Shown here piece by piece: positions 27,997-38,294 of a DNA stretch of 56,835 nt. The DNA lies in the IMG/VR virus record IMGVR_UViG_3300001751_000003, positions 1 through 56,835 of that record; one strand, given 5' to 3'. This stretch comes from a virus (Duplodnaviria; Caudoviricetes). A program made the position numbers and the translations under genes. Position 1 is the first letter of the stretch, and each line of letters opens with the position of its first letter. The notes under the pieces were generated by a model. The model did not search any database, had not been told where the DNA came from, and was given only the letters and a program-made list of their open reading frames with translations.

Positions 27997-28665
27997 ATGT
28001 TGAAAAAGATTAAAAAGCTATTGTTATCTAGTTTCCTATTGCCTATAATACCGATATTATCGATTCCTGATGATGGAAATCAAAGTTCCGAAGATGGTAA
28101 AAATGATACCAATAATGATGATAATAATAAAAATGATGACAATGAAAATGATTCAGGCAAAGAAACCAATAAAACTGATGGCAGGGTTATTTTTGATTCT
28201 CAAGATGATTTTGATGCCCTTATACAATCAAGAATAAATAAAGCAGTAAAGAAAAAAGAAGAAGAAATGGCAGCCAATAAAGCTAAGGAAAGCATGACAG
28301 AAATAGAAAGATTAAAAGCAGAAAAGGAAGAATCAGATAAAAAAGCATTGGCAGCCACAAACAAAGCAAATCGAACACTAATCAAAGCGGAAGTAATTTC
28401 CCAAGCGACAAAATTAAACATAGTTGACCCTAGTGCGGCTTTTGCTCTAATGGATTTAGATAATGTTACCATTGATGATAATGGAAATGTTAAAGGTGTA
28501 GGAGTATCTTTGAAAGCATTAATCAAAGAAAAAAGTTATCTTGTAAATGAAAATCATAGTTCTGTAAAATCTTCTGGCGATGATCAAAACGCCGGAGCAG
28601 GAAAGAAAAAAAAGAATTTTGATATGAATGCATTGATTCGTAGAGCGGCAGGAAGGGGCGACTAG
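27997..28665 (+). CDS. Capsid scaffolding protein (DUF4355-like)
   Basis: Acidic N-terminal linker, F.SQDDFDALIQ.RI, MTEIERLKAE, position before the capsid gene; GGGAGG RBS. Confidence 0.8.
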   Translation: MLKKIKKLLLSSFLLPIIPILSIPDDGNQSSEDGKNDTNNDDNNKNDDNENDSGKETNKTDGRVIFDSQDDFDALIQSRINKAVKKKEEEMAANKAKESMTEIERLKAEKEESDKKALAATNKANRTLIKAEVISQATKLNIVDPSAAFALMDLDNVTIDDNGNVKGVGVSLKALIKEKSYLVNENHSSVKSSGDDQNAGAGKKKKNFDMNALIRRAAGRGD

Positions 28666-28683
28666 TAAAAGGAGTTGTCTTGA

Positions 28684-29667
28684 ATGGCTACAAGTATACC
28701 AAGGGCTGGTGTTGAAACATTAATGCCTGAAGAATATCAAAGAGAAATTATTGAAAGTGTACCCGAACAAAGTGTCGTTATGACTCTTGGCAATAGAGCG
28801 CCTGACATGTCTAGGGCGCAAAGAAGGATTCCATGTTTATCTGTTTTGCCTACAGCATATTTTTCAAATCCTGGTCCCTCAACTGTAGATGAAGAAGATC
28901 AATGGAAACAATTAACTGATATCATGTGGGAAAATAAATATATTGATGCCGAGGAACTCAATGTCATGGTAGCAATACCAGAGGCAGTCTTTGATGATGC
29001 TGATTATGACATTTGGGCTGAGGCAAGACCTAAATTGATTGAAGCTTTCGGAAAAGCTTTCGATCAAGCAGTATTTTACGGAGTAAATGCTCCATCTATA
29101 TGGCCCGATAATATTGTTATGGCAGCTACAGCCGCAAATAACTTCGTTACGATAGGAAGCATTGGCACTGATATATTCGACGATATTATGGCAGAGGGTG
29201 GAATAATATCAAAAGTTGAAGAAGATGGATTTATGGTAAACGGACATGCTTTATCAATGAATATGAGGTCTAAATTGAGAGGTTTAAGAGATAGTCAAGG
29301 AAATCCTGTCTTTAAGGCACTAACTAAAGAAGGAGTCCAAGGAGCCACAAATTATATGCTTGATGGGGAACCATGTTATTTCCCTAGAAATGGATCAATT
29401 ATAAGGACAAAATCTCTTGATATCTGTGGAGATTGGAGTCAATTGATGTATGCTATTCGTAAAGATGTTACTTGGAAAATCTTGACGGAAGCAGTTATTC
29501 AAAATCCAACAACCAAAGCAATAGTTTATAACCTTGCACAACAAAATATGATTGCTCTTAGAGCTTCAATGAGACTTGGATGGCAAGTGCCTAATCCAAT
29601 AAATCGCCTCAATACTGACGAGGACACACGTTATCCATTTGCAGTATTGGGAGAAGAGGCAAGCTAA
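28684..29667 (+). CDS. Major capsid protein (HK97 fold)
   Basis: LMPEE...EII, AFGKAFDQA, LRGLRDSQG.P, GDWS, NL.QQNMIALRA.MR.G. Confidence 0.9.
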   Translation: MATSIPRAGVETLMPEEYQREIIESVPEQSVVMTLGNRAPDMSRAQRRIPCLSVLPTAYFSNPGPSTVDEEDQWKQLTDIMWENKYIDAEELNVMVAIPEAVFDDADYDIWAEARPKLIEAFGKAFDQAVFYGVNAPSIWPDNIVMAATAANNFVTIGSIGTDIFDDIMAEGGIISKVEEDGFMVNGHALSMNMRSKLRGLRDSQGNPVFKALTKEGVQGATNYMLDGEPCYFPRNGSIIRTKSLDICGDWSQLMYAIRKDVTWKILTEAVIQNPTTKAIVYNLAQQNMIALRASMRLGWQVPNPINRLNTDEDTRYPFAVLGEEAS

Positions 29668-29689
29668 ATTATTTTAGCTTGTCAAGGAG

Positions 29690-29962
29690 TTGATAAAAAT
29701 GAAAGCTAAAATTGAATTTCTAAAAGAAAGATATTACAAAGGTAAAAAAGTTAAAAAAGGTGATATTCTAATTATTCCAATGCAGGATGCGAAAGCTTAT
29801 ATAAATTTTAATGCCGCAAAATTATATGTTTCTAAAAAGAAAATTTTATTAGGACAAAGAACATATAAAGAATTACAAGAACTTGCAAAAAAAAATGGGC
29901 TACCTGCTGTTGGAAAAAGAGAAGACCTTTTAAGAGCTTTAAGAGCTAAAGATGTTAGTTAG
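29690..29962 (+). CDS. Small head-associated protein with a SAP/HeH-like C-terminus
   Basis: TYKELQELAKKNGL...GKREDLL.AL. Confidence 0.55.
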   Translation: MIKMKAKIEFLKERYYKGKKVKKGDILIIPMQDAKAYINFNAAKLYVSKKKILLGQRTYKELQELAKKNGLPAVGKREDLLRALRAKDVS

Positions 29963-30030
29963 TTAGTTGATGTGAAATTATGAATGATGTAAATATACAA
30001 ATAATACATTAGAATAATGAGGTGTTTATA

Positions 30031-30234
30031 ATGCCTTATACATTAAATAATTATCCAGATAGAATAAAAAGTTTACCATCCAAAGCTAGAGAAATTTGGG
30101 TCAAAGCTTTTAATAATGCATATATTAAATATAATGGAAGTGAACAAAAATCCAATGCGACAGCTTGGGCGGCTATTGAAAAAGCTGGATATAAAAAAGA
30201 TTCACAAACAGGAGAATGGAAAAGGTGGCGATAA
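30031..30234 (+). CDS. ChaB family protein
   Basis: MPY...P..IKSLP.KA.EIW..AFN.A......A.AWAAI.K.Y.K...GEW. Confidence 0.8.
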   Translation: MPYTLNNYPDRIKSLPSKAREIWVKAFNNAYIKYNGSEQKSNATAWAAIEKAGYKKDSQTGEWKRWR

Positions 30235-30237
30235 TTA

Positions 30238-30702
30238 ATGGCATATATAACAAGCTCAGAATATGCGGCATTAACTGGAAGAGATTCTTCGGAAGCCACT
30301 TCAATTAGGATAAATATTTCCTCAAGATTGTTAGATTCCAGAATTGGAAATTATGGTATTTATGAAAATGGTTGGAAAATTGATACAAGCTCCTCAACTT
30401 GGTATGTAACTTCAATATTCTTGACTGATGATAGAGAATTTATAAATGTTTCTAATACAAATTACAGAATTGAAGTTACAACAGGACAAAAGGATGCTAT
30501 AAAAATATGGATTGCTGGAATGATAACAGAATTATTTAATAGTGACGATATGGCAAGCAATGAAGATAATTTAAAACTAGGTAGATTTAGTGTAACAAAA
30601 AGTAAAAATTCAAGTGGTACAATATTACCACAAAGTATGGGATATCATGATTCAATTTTGATTTCTTCAGGAATAATTGAAAGAAGGGTGGGCTTAAAAT
30701 GA
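30238..30702 (+). CDS. Head-tail adaptor/connector
   Basis: MAYIT..EY, SRLLD, LGRFSV; position after the capsid gene. Confidence 0.65.
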   Translation: MAYITSSEYAALTGRDSSEATSIRINISSRLLDSRIGNYGIYENGWKIDTSSSTWYVTSIFLTDDREFINVSNTNYRIEVTTGQKDAIKIWIAGMITELFNSDDMASNEDNLKLGRFSVTKSKNSSGTILPQSMGYHDSILISSGIIERRVGLK

Positions 30703-31043
30703 GTTTACCTGCCTTTAACAAAATGATGACCCATATAGTAACTTTAAGAAAAAGACAAAGAAATTCTGCAGGCGATTTTTCAGATATTTCCAGCACAACA
30801 GGATTAAAAGGGTTTGTACAATACGGAAATAATTTGATTGAAAATGAAAAAGGGGAAAAAATCTTATCAACTGCAATTGTTTTCTTAAAAGATAATTGTG
30901 AAATTGATATTAATTATCCATATTGGATGATAGATCAAACTTCACCATATACAAGATCAAATATGGAAGTATTAAAGATTGATCCTATTGATCATCCTTT
31001 AAAAGCTGGAAAAACACATCATTTTGAAATTATGGTAAGGTGA
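30699..31043 (+). CDS. Head closure/stopper protein
   Basis: Synteny; HHFEI C-terminus. Confidence 0.55.
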   Translation: MSLPAFNKMMTHIVTLRKRQRNSAGDFSDISSTTGLKGFVQYGNNLIENEKGEKILSTAIVFLKDNCEIDINYPYWMIDQTSPYTRSNMEVLKIDPIDHPLKAGKTHHFEIMVR

Positions 31044-31047
31044 TATT

Positions 31048-31416
31048 ATGTGGAAAATGTGGAGAGGCAATGAATTAATGCGATTGATTGATCAAGGAGC
31101 CAGAACAGGAGTATATATGACAATTGAAGAAGTTATTGGAGAATCGAAAAGTCAGGTTCCATTGGATGAGGGAACATTAAGAGATACAGGAGTGGCAGTA
31201 ATGGACCCTAGTGGAAAACCTGCTGGGTGTGCTACTTTTGGAGGAGGACCCGGCACTGGTCATCCTGTGGTTCCGTACGCTATTCGGTGGCATGAACAAA
31301 ACGCAAATTTTCAGCATGGAAGAAAAAGATTTTATTTAAGAGATCCACTTAATAAAATTGTTAAAAAGAAACTTCCCGAAAATATAGCACTTGCCATGGC
31401 AAATATATTGAAATGA
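31048..31416 (+). CDS. HK97 gp10-like neck protein
   Basis: VPLDEGTLRD, PYA.RWHE, YL.DP. Confidence 0.7.
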   Translation: MWKMWRGNELMRLIDQGARTGVYMTIEEVIGESKSQVPLDEGTLRDTGVAVMDPSGKPAGCATFGGGPGTGHPVVPYAIRWHEQNANFQHGRKRFYLRDPLNKIVKKKLPENIALAMANILK

Positions 31417-31820
31417 TAGCCGATGATTTCATCCAGTGGCTTGAAAATAAAGGTTTTGGAACTGTTGGAACTAATTTATTCGATAATTTTCAACCTTTAG
31501 ACCCTGACAATTGTATAACTGCTTTCGATGTTGATTCTCCACAGATTGACGAAAGTTCCAGTTTGAAAATCGATCAATTCGGATTGCAAATAATTACTAG
31601 AAATGCAAGTAAAGCACAAGCGAAAACAATTTTATATAATATCCATAAAAGTTTTATTGGGTTTGGTGGTGAATCTCTTGTAAATGGTGGAAATATTGTA
31701 AGTGCTGTTTTTATAGATCAACCTCCAAGAGCAATAGGAAAAGATGAAAAGAATCGTACCGAATATGCAGTAACTTATAATTATAGGTTACAAAGTACGG
31801 GAGATTTATACAGATTATAA
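31413..31820 (+). CDS. Tail terminator / minor capsid-type protein
   Basis: QIITR, IGKDEKNR.EY..Y; synteny. Confidence 0.65.
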   Translation: MIADDFIQWLENKGFGTVGTNLFDNFQPLDPDNCITAFDVDSPQIDESSSLKIDQFGLQIITRNASKAQAKTILYNIHKSFIGFGGESLVNGGNIVSAVFIDQPPRAIGKDEKNRTEYAVTYNYRLQSTGDLYRL

Positions 31821-31836
31821 GAAAGGAGAAATATTA

Positions 31837-32361
31837 ATGTTAAGTAATAAAACTTTTAAAATCTTTAAAAAAACATTGAAAACAATTCTTTTGGGTCCAC
31901 TTATGCCAGTATTAATGGCAAGTCCAGATAATGTTGAAAATGAAATCAAATTTGCGAATACTGTCGTAACTGTTGATTCCGAAATAGTTTCAAAGGTTAC
32001 GTCTTTCAATAAGAAAACTTCCGTTTCTGAGGAAAACATAACCGGGTCCGAAGACGTTGTTCCCGGCACTGATGTATTACATGAAGTATTTACATCAATA
32101 GCAGTCTCGGAGACCGCTGACGTTGAAGGTATAGCAATAGAATCGGCTGAAAGTGGTCCCGATGATGGTCAATCAGAACTTCAAGATGCTGTAGATGAAG
32201 GAAAAATAATAACCATGACCAGTACAAAAAACACTGGATATGGTTGGAGTCTATCAGGATTTTTTACAAGCTATGAAGAAGGAGCCGACACTTCCGGCGT
32301 ATATAAATGGAAAGCTTCATTTAGAATTAACTCAAAAACTCAAATTGCGCCGGGCTCATAA
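31837..32361 (+). CDS. Major tail protein
   Basis: Acidic tube-protein pattern, SGFFTSYEE, position before chaperones and tape measure. Confidence 0.7.
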   Translation: MLSNKTFKIFKKTLKTILLGPLMPVLMASPDNVENEIKFANTVVTVDSEIVSKVTSFNKKTSVSEENITGSEDVVPGTDVLHEVFTSIAVSETADVEGIAIESAESGPDDGQSELQDAVDEGKIITMTSTKNTGYGWSLSGFFTSYEEGADTSGVYKWKASFRINSKTQIAPGS

Positions 32362-32400
32362 AATCAATTAGAAAAGAATTAAATTGGGAAAGGTTAGAAT

Positions 32401-32850
32401 ATGTCAAAAAATACGAAATTTAAAGATAATGCCGAAAGAATTCAATATCTTGAAAATAAACAGGCTGAAATTGCACAAAATCAAGAATACAATCTTGTTT
32501 TTGATTTCGATGAAGCTTTAAAAGAAGATAGCAAACAAAAAATAGAAATTAGATTATTAGGAAAAACTTATTATCTTCCCCAAAAAATGCCTTTTAGTTT
32601 TTCAACTTTCTTTTTAAGACATTGTTATAGGAAAATAAATGGTAAATGGATTATAGCTTTTGAAGATAAATATTTAATGCCATTTCTTGAACTAATGTTT
32701 GGAAGAAAGTTTTTGGATGATCTTGAAAGATCACGAGATAACAGAATTTCTATGATGTTTGTTTATGAACAAATTGTTCCTAAAATTATGAAAGAGTGGG
32801 GATATAATGTCAATCCAAATGATCAAAAAAAAATGTCGATCCAAGGTTGA
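32401..32850 (+). CDS. Tail assembly chaperone (G)
   Basis: Synteny; ends at an A9 slippery run. Confidence 0.7.
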   Translation: MSKNTKFKDNAERIQYLENKQAEIAQNQEYNLVFDFDEALKEDSKQKIEIRLLGKTYYLPQKMPFSFSTFFLRHCYRKINGKWIIAFEDKYLMPFLELMFGRKFLDDLERSRDNRISMMFVYEQIVPKIMKEWGYNVNPNDQKKMSIQG

Positions 32851-33083
32851 TAATTTGGGCATGGGGAGCCTTGGAGGCTGATTTTCAAAGATTTTATAAT
32901 ATGGATTTAAATTATATTCATAGAAATAATTTAATAACATGGAGAAAATTTTTAATATTAATAAAAGGATTGCCGGATAATTCAGCCTATTATTATTGGT
33001 ATAAAAATAAAGATAATAGAAATTTTGTTGAATTATCCGAAAATTCAGACATTGATATATATGATTCTATCGGCAAATGTTAA
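32825..33083 (+). CDS. Tail assembly chaperone extension (GT) made by a -1 programmed frameshift
   Basis: A AAA AAA slippery site in 32825-32833; -1 frame stays open: KKNVDPRLIIWAWGALEADFQRFY. Confidence 0.75.
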
Positions 33084-33095
33084 GGGGTTGTTAAA

Positions 33096-36000
33096 ATGTT
33101 TATAGTTGGCAGAGTTACCGCTCCGATTGACGCTGATACAAATCCTTTCTTAAATGGCTTGAATACTGCGTTTGGAGCAGGTGCAAGCTTTTCAAGTAAG
33201 ATATCTAGTCATTTAAAAGGGGTAGGCACTTCAATAACTAATTTTGGTCAAAGTTTAACAAAGTTTATTACAGTTCCATTAGCGGCAGGTGTTTTAGCCG
33301 CTGCAAAGTTCGGCAAAGATTTTGAGGCAGAAATGTCAAAAGTCGTCGGACTTGTTGGAGTATCGCAAAAACAAGTAAATTCATGGAAAAGTGAAATTTT
33401 AGCTTTAAGTCCTGAAATTGCTAAACCTCCTCAAGAGCTTGCGGAAGCTATGTTTTATGTAACTAGTGCTGGACTTCGTGGAGCCGAAGCTCTTGATGTT
33501 TTAAAAATGTCTGGAAAAGCTAGTGCAGCAGGACTTGGAGAGACAAAAACAATTGCTGATTTGGTAACATCGGCAATTAATGCCTATGGCTCCGAGAATT
33601 TAACAGCCGCACAAGCTACCGACATAATGGTTGCCGCAGTTAGGGAAGGTAAAGCGGAAGCCTCAGACTTAGCGTCTACAATGGGAGCTGTATTGCCTTT
33701 GGCAAGTGAGCTAGGAGTAACATTTGACCAGGTAGCCGCTACGCAAGCGGCTATGACCAAGACTGGAACGAATGCGGCAGAAGCTGCAACACAACTTAAG
33801 TCTATTATGTCAGGACTTATCAAGCCTAGTAAACAGGCAGAGGAACAATTGAAAAAAATGGGAACTTCAAGTTCAGAAATGAGAAAAAAAATAAAAGATG
33901 AAGGACTACTCCAAGCATTAATGGACTTGCGAGAAATGACAAATAAATATGGTGAAGAAGCTATGGCAAGAGTATTTCCTAACATTAGAGCATTAATGGG
34001 TGTTCTTGATTTGATGGGAAATAATCTTGAATCAAACAAAAAAACTTTCGATGCTGTAAAAAATAGTACTGGATCACTAGATAAAGCTTTTCAAGCCGCC
34101 TCCGAAACATTAGATTTTAGATGGAATGCGGCATTGTCGGCAATACAATCTAATTTAATCAAGTTCTTTGATGTTATAAAGGGAGTTATAGTACCTGTTT
34201 TAGAAAAATTTGTCCAGGGGTTAAACTTTGTAGGAAATGCTTTTCAATCTTTGACACCTTTTCAACAAAAACTAACTTTGGCTTTCGCTGGAATGGCTGC
34301 TATAATTGGTCCTATTATTATGGCAATTGGAACTTCTATAGGAATATTAGGAGGTATAATTGGTGGAGTCTCAACAGTATTGGCACTATTAGGAACGGTT
34401 TTTGCCTCAATTTCAATACCGATTATGGCGGCGATTGGTATAATAACAACACTTGGAACTGCTTTTATTGGTTTAATTCTTAGTAGTGAAAGTGTTAGAA
34501 ATGCAATTAAAGAAAAATTTACAAGCATAGGAGCAAAGATCAAAGAAGTGGCAAGTTTCATTCAAATACATTCTAATGATATAAAAAATGCATTTAAAGG
34601 ATTATTTGAAGGAATAGCCACAGGTAATTTTGGAAATTTTATAAATGCTATGAAAAATATGATTCCTCCTGAAGCTATGACAAAAATTCATAATATAGTA
34701 ATTAAGTTTGTTGAATTCAGAGATAAACTTATAAGTATAAGGGATAAAATAATAGGTTTTAAAGATAATTTTGTTAGTGCTTTTAATTCAATTAAAGAAA
34801 AGGTAAGTTCTGTTGTGGGTGCAATAGTTGGCACAATTAGTGGATTTGTTGATTTAATAAGAGCTGGATTTTCAAATGTAAAAGAAACAATTACAAAATC
34901 TTTTGCAGGATTTGATTTTTCTGCCATTAAAAGAGCATTTGATGGAATAAAAGCAACAATGGGTCCCGTTATTACTGTATTTAAAGCTATAGGTATAGTA
35001 ATTGGAACTGTATTAGCTGTTGTTATTGGAATCGTAGTAGGTTTATTTAATGGAATTGTTAAAGCAATTGATAATGTTATAGCCGCAATTATGAATGTAA
35101 TTTCATTTATTGCCGGAGCCTTGGGAGTAATCGTTGGACTGTTTACTGGTAATTGGAAGTTAGTTGATGAAAGTTTTCAAAACATGTGGAATAGTGTATT
35201 AGAATTCTTTTCCAATATAGTAATAGCTATATGGGATTTAGTAAGCGGATTTGTAGAAGGTATTATTGACTTTTTTACTGGATTATATGAAAAGCTAGTA
35301 GGTGGTTCCATAGTTCCAGATATGATAAATGGAATAATACAATGGTTCACTGAATTACCTGGCAAAGTTTTTGAAATAGTATCAAGTTTTATAATGTCAA
35401 TTGTAAACTATTTTCTTGATTTGCAAGTTAAAATAATTAATACCTTACTTTCGCTTTTAAAGTCATCTATTGACACATGGAAAAATATAAAATCAAAGGC
35501 AATAGCTCTTATAATTGCTTTAGTTTTAGATGCAATTAATCGATTTAATACATTTAAAAGCAATTTATCGACAATCTGGACAAATATTAAAAGTAAAATT
35601 AGCTCAATATGGGAAAGTGTAAAATCGAAAGTAGTTAGTATTGCAAAAAATTTAATAAGTGATACAAAAAGTAATTTTAATAATTTATTAAGTTCTCTTT
35701 CTAGCATCATGAGTAATATTAAAAGTAAAATGAGTTCGGCTTGGAGTTCAGTAAAATCAAAGGCTATAAATGCTATAAAAGAAATGGTAACGGGTGTTAA
35801 AAATAAGATTTCTGGATTAGCCTCTTCGGCTTATTCTTCTGGCATGTCCATTGTAAATGGTATAAAAAATGGTATTAATGCCGCCGCAAATGGAACAATA
35901 ACAGCAATGAAAAATTTAGTAAAAAAATTAAGAGATTTATTACCATTTAGTCCAGCTAAAGAGGGACCATTGAAAGATTTAGATAAATTAAATTTTGCCG

Positions 36001-36218
36001 GTCCAATTAAAAAATCTCTAGAAAAAGCCGATACTTTAATTTCCGGTGATTTCTTGGGAAATTTACTATTAAATAAAGAGCCTTTATCTATTTCGGAAAC
36101 AGCAACAACAAAGGCAGTGACATTTAGTGGCGATTTTAATTTTAATGGAATTCAAGATATAGCTGATTTTATGCGACAAATGAAAGAATTTTTAAGAAGG
36201 CAAGGAGGTAAATTTTAA
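33096..36218 (+). CDS. Tape measure protein (TP901-like)
   Basis: 1040 aa, Ala/Gly/Ile-rich, FEAEMSKV, Trp/Phe-spaced repeats, PFSPAKEGPL. Confidence 0.92.
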   Translation: MFIVGRVTAPIDADTNPFLNGLNTAFGAGASFSSKISSHLKGVGTSITNFGQSLTKFITVPLAAGVLAAAKFGKDFEAEMSKVVGLVGVSQKQVNSWKSEILALSPEIAKPPQELAEAMFYVTSAGLRGAEALDVLKMSGKASAAGLGETKTIADLVTSAINAYGSENLTAAQATDIMVAAVREGKAEASDLASTMGAVLPLASELGVTFDQVAATQAAMTKTGTNAAEAATQLKSIMSGLIKPSKQAEEQLKKMGTSSSEMRKKIKDEGLLQALMDLREMTNKYGEEAMARVFPNIRALMGVLDLMGNNLESNKKTFDAVKNSTGSLDKAFQAASETLDFRWNAALSAIQSNLIKFFDVIKGVIVPVLEKFVQGLNFVGNAFQSLTPFQQKLTLAFAGMAAIIGPIIMAIGTSIGILGGIIGGVSTVLALLGTVFASISIPIMAAIGIITTLGTAFIGLILSSESVRNAIKEKFTSIGAKIKEVASFIQIHSNDIKNAFKGLFEGIATGNFGNFINAMKNMIPPEAMTKIHNIVIKFVEFRDKLISIRDKIIGFKDNFVSAFNSIKEKVSSVVGAIVGTISGFVDLIRAGFSNVKETITKSFAGFDFSAIKRAFDGIKATMGPVITVFKAIGIVIGTVLAVVIGIVVGLFNGIVKAIDNVIAAIMNVISFIAGALGVIVGLFTGNWKLVDESFQNMWNSVLEFFSNIVIAIWDLVSGFVEGIIDFFTGLYEKLVGGSIVPDMINGIIQWFTELPGKVFEIVSSFIMSIVNYFLDLQVKIINTLLSLLKSSIDTWKNIKSKAIALIIALVLDAINRFNTFKSNLSTIWTNIKSKISSIWESVKSKVVSIAKNLISDTKSNFNNLLSSLSSIMSNIKSKMSSAWSSVKSKAINAIKEMVTGVKNKISGLASSAYSSGMSIVNGIKNGINAAANGTITAMKNLVKKLRDLLPFSPAKEGPLKDLDKLNFAGPIKKSLEKADTLISGDFLGNLLLNKEPLSISETATTKAVTFSGDFNFNGIQDIADFMRQMKEFLRRQGGKF

Positions 36219-37765
36219 TGTCATTTGTATTAAAAATTAATAATGAGTTTTTGCCTTCAGGTGTTAAAGTAGCTACTAAAAGTTTAAATATAAGTTATGA
36301 TGAAACTGGAACAAGAGGCGTTTTAAGTTTTGACTTAATTGATGAAAATTTATCAGGAACATTATTTTATTTTCAATCTATTTGCGGAAAAGATGTAAAA
36401 CTCTGGGAGAACGGAATATTATTATATGGTGGTAAAATAGATACTCCAACAACAAGAAAAATAAATCAAAGACCAACTACTAGGCAGACAATTACTTGTG
36501 TAGATTATAATGAAATTTGCGATAGGATTCCAGTAAATGAATCCTATCCAAAAATGAAAATATCAGATTTAGTCAGAGATGTAATTGATAATTATTTAGT
36601 TGATGATGGAATTTGGTATGATGATAACTCTATTGATGAAACATTAAATGAAATATCAGTAAATTGTCCTTATATTTATTGCTCTAAATTATTTAATGAG
36701 CTTGTTGATCTTATAGGATGGCAATGGTATATAAGTCCAAGCAAAAAATTTCATTTAGATGACAGAACCTTACATATAGGACCACAAGTAAGAGAAAATA
36801 CTAATTACTTGTGGACATCTTTAGAAATTGGACAAGATATTTCTGAGCTAAGAACTAAAGAAGTTTTAACGGGTGTACATGCTATAACCGACGAAATTAC
36901 AGAGACAGCAAATCCAAATCCTGACGATAATAGATCATATTATGTAAGATTTAAACTGAATAATAAACCTAAGCTTTATATAACTACAGAAAAATATAAG
37001 AATAATCCAAGAGATCAAGATTTAGTCGATCCTAGATATGTCGGAATAAATGGTTTGGATTCCGATATGTATTGGTATTGGAGCAAAAATGAAAATACAA
37101 TAACTCAAGATCAAAGTCAAGAAGAATTAGCAATTGGGCAATTTTTGGTATTAAAATATATTGGACAATATCAAGTTGATATTGTAAAAGAAGATGAAGA
37201 TGCCATAAATGAAAGAAAAGCTGTTGAGGGTGGATCGGGATTATATGTTCACGTTGAGTCAGGAGCAAGTATTGAGGGAATTTTAATCGCTGAAAATAAA
37301 ATTCAAGCCGATCTTGATAGGTATTCAAGTGTAGCAAATAAAATTCAAATAGAATCATATAATCATAATTGGAGAAATGGACAAATTTGCGATACTATTT
37401 TTCCGAATTTTGGTATAAATTCATTATCATCAAGCGGTGGAGGATATCTTGTAAGAAGTTTAAAAATTCAGGATGTTGGTAATAATCTTCCATTTAAAAG
37501 AAGCGCCACACTTGTTGATGGAACTCAGATCGGAGGCTTTGTAAATTTCTTTAAAGAATGGATGTCTAAAACAAAAGAATTTACACTTAGAGAAGATGCC
37601 TCTATTGAAAAAACTTATGATATAACTGAGGAACAAAATTGGTCTGGAACTGTAGTTATAACAAAATTTGATTGTTTATATCCTGCCGATGATCCCGGTG
37701 GACTATATCCATCAAATTTATTATATCCGGGTGCAATTGATACAACAAGAACGGAAACGGATTAG
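36218..37765 (+). CDS. Tail tip/hub protein
   Basis: Directly after tape measure; W.WYI...K.FH, LYP..LYP C-terminal motif. Confidence 0.6.
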   Translation: MSFVLKINNEFLPSGVKVATKSLNISYDETGTRGVLSFDLIDENLSGTLFYFQSICGKDVKLWENGILLYGGKIDTPTTRKINQRPTTRQTITCVDYNEICDRIPVNESYPKMKISDLVRDVIDNYLVDDGIWYDDNSIDETLNEISVNCPYIYCSKLFNELVDLIGWQWYISPSKKFHLDDRTLHIGPQVRENTNYLWTSLEIGQDISELRTKEVLTGVHAITDEITETANPNPDDNRSYYVRFKLNNKPKLYITTEKYKNNPRDQDLVDPRYVGINGLDSDMYWYWSKNENTITQDQSQEELAIGQFLVLKYIGQYQVDIVKEDEDAINERKAVEGGSGLYVHVESGASIEGILIAENKIQADLDRYSSVANKIQIESYNHNWRNGQICDTIFPNFGINSLSSSGGGYLVRSLKIQDVGNNLPFKRSATLVDGTQIGGFVNFFKEWMSKTKEFTLREDASIEKTYDITEEQNWSGTVVITKFDCLYPADDPGGLYPSNLLYPGAIDTTRTETD

Positions 37766-37767
37766 AG

Positions 37768-38289
37768 GTGATTATGATTAATATTCATGAAAAGTATGGA
37801 TGGAAAGGCAAAATTAGACTTATAAAGTTTAATACTAAAACAAAAAAAATTGTAACAAATAGAGTTATCTATAATCGACTAATGAATAATGCATTGAATG
37901 AAGTAATAAAATGTTTTTATGGAACTGGCGAGACTGATTTATTATTAAAACATGTAGCTATTGGGGATGATAATACGGCAAATTTAGATACTTTAACAAG
38001 TTTATATAATGAAGTTTATAGATTTCCTATTATTTCAAAATTGCAAACCGGTACCGGATTAGTACAAAGTACTGGAATACTGTTAGATACTGAGCCAGAA
38101 GACTTAAGTGGAATTGTAACAATAAAGGAAATAGGTTTCTTTTGTGGTTCAGAATCCATCAATTGGACGGAAGGCAGTGGAAAAGATACAGGATTAATGA
38201 TAAGTCGCATAATACTCGATCCTGTCGAATCTAAAACTGCAACTGAACAAATAAATTTTGTCAGAGAGGATGAATTTACAAGGGGGTAA
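37768..38289 (+). CDS. Minor tail/baseplate protein
   Basis: HVAIGDD, L.NEVYR, IKEIGFF, SR...KT. Confidence 0.6.
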   Translation: MIMINIHEKYGWKGKIRLIKFNTKTKKIVTNRVIYNRLMNNALNEVIKCFYGTGETDLLLKHVAIGDDNTANLDTLTSLYNEVYRFPIISKLQTGTGLVQSTGILLDTEPEDLSGIVTIKEIGFFCGSESINWTEGSGKDTGLMISRIILDPVESKTATEQINFVREDEFTRG

Positions 38290-38294
38290 TTAAT

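Noticed and set aside
33584-35710. Antisense ORFs within the tape measure gene, and similar ones inside portal, scaffold, recD2 and helicase
   Set aside because: Shadow ORFs opposite well-supported genes, with no RBS or motifs
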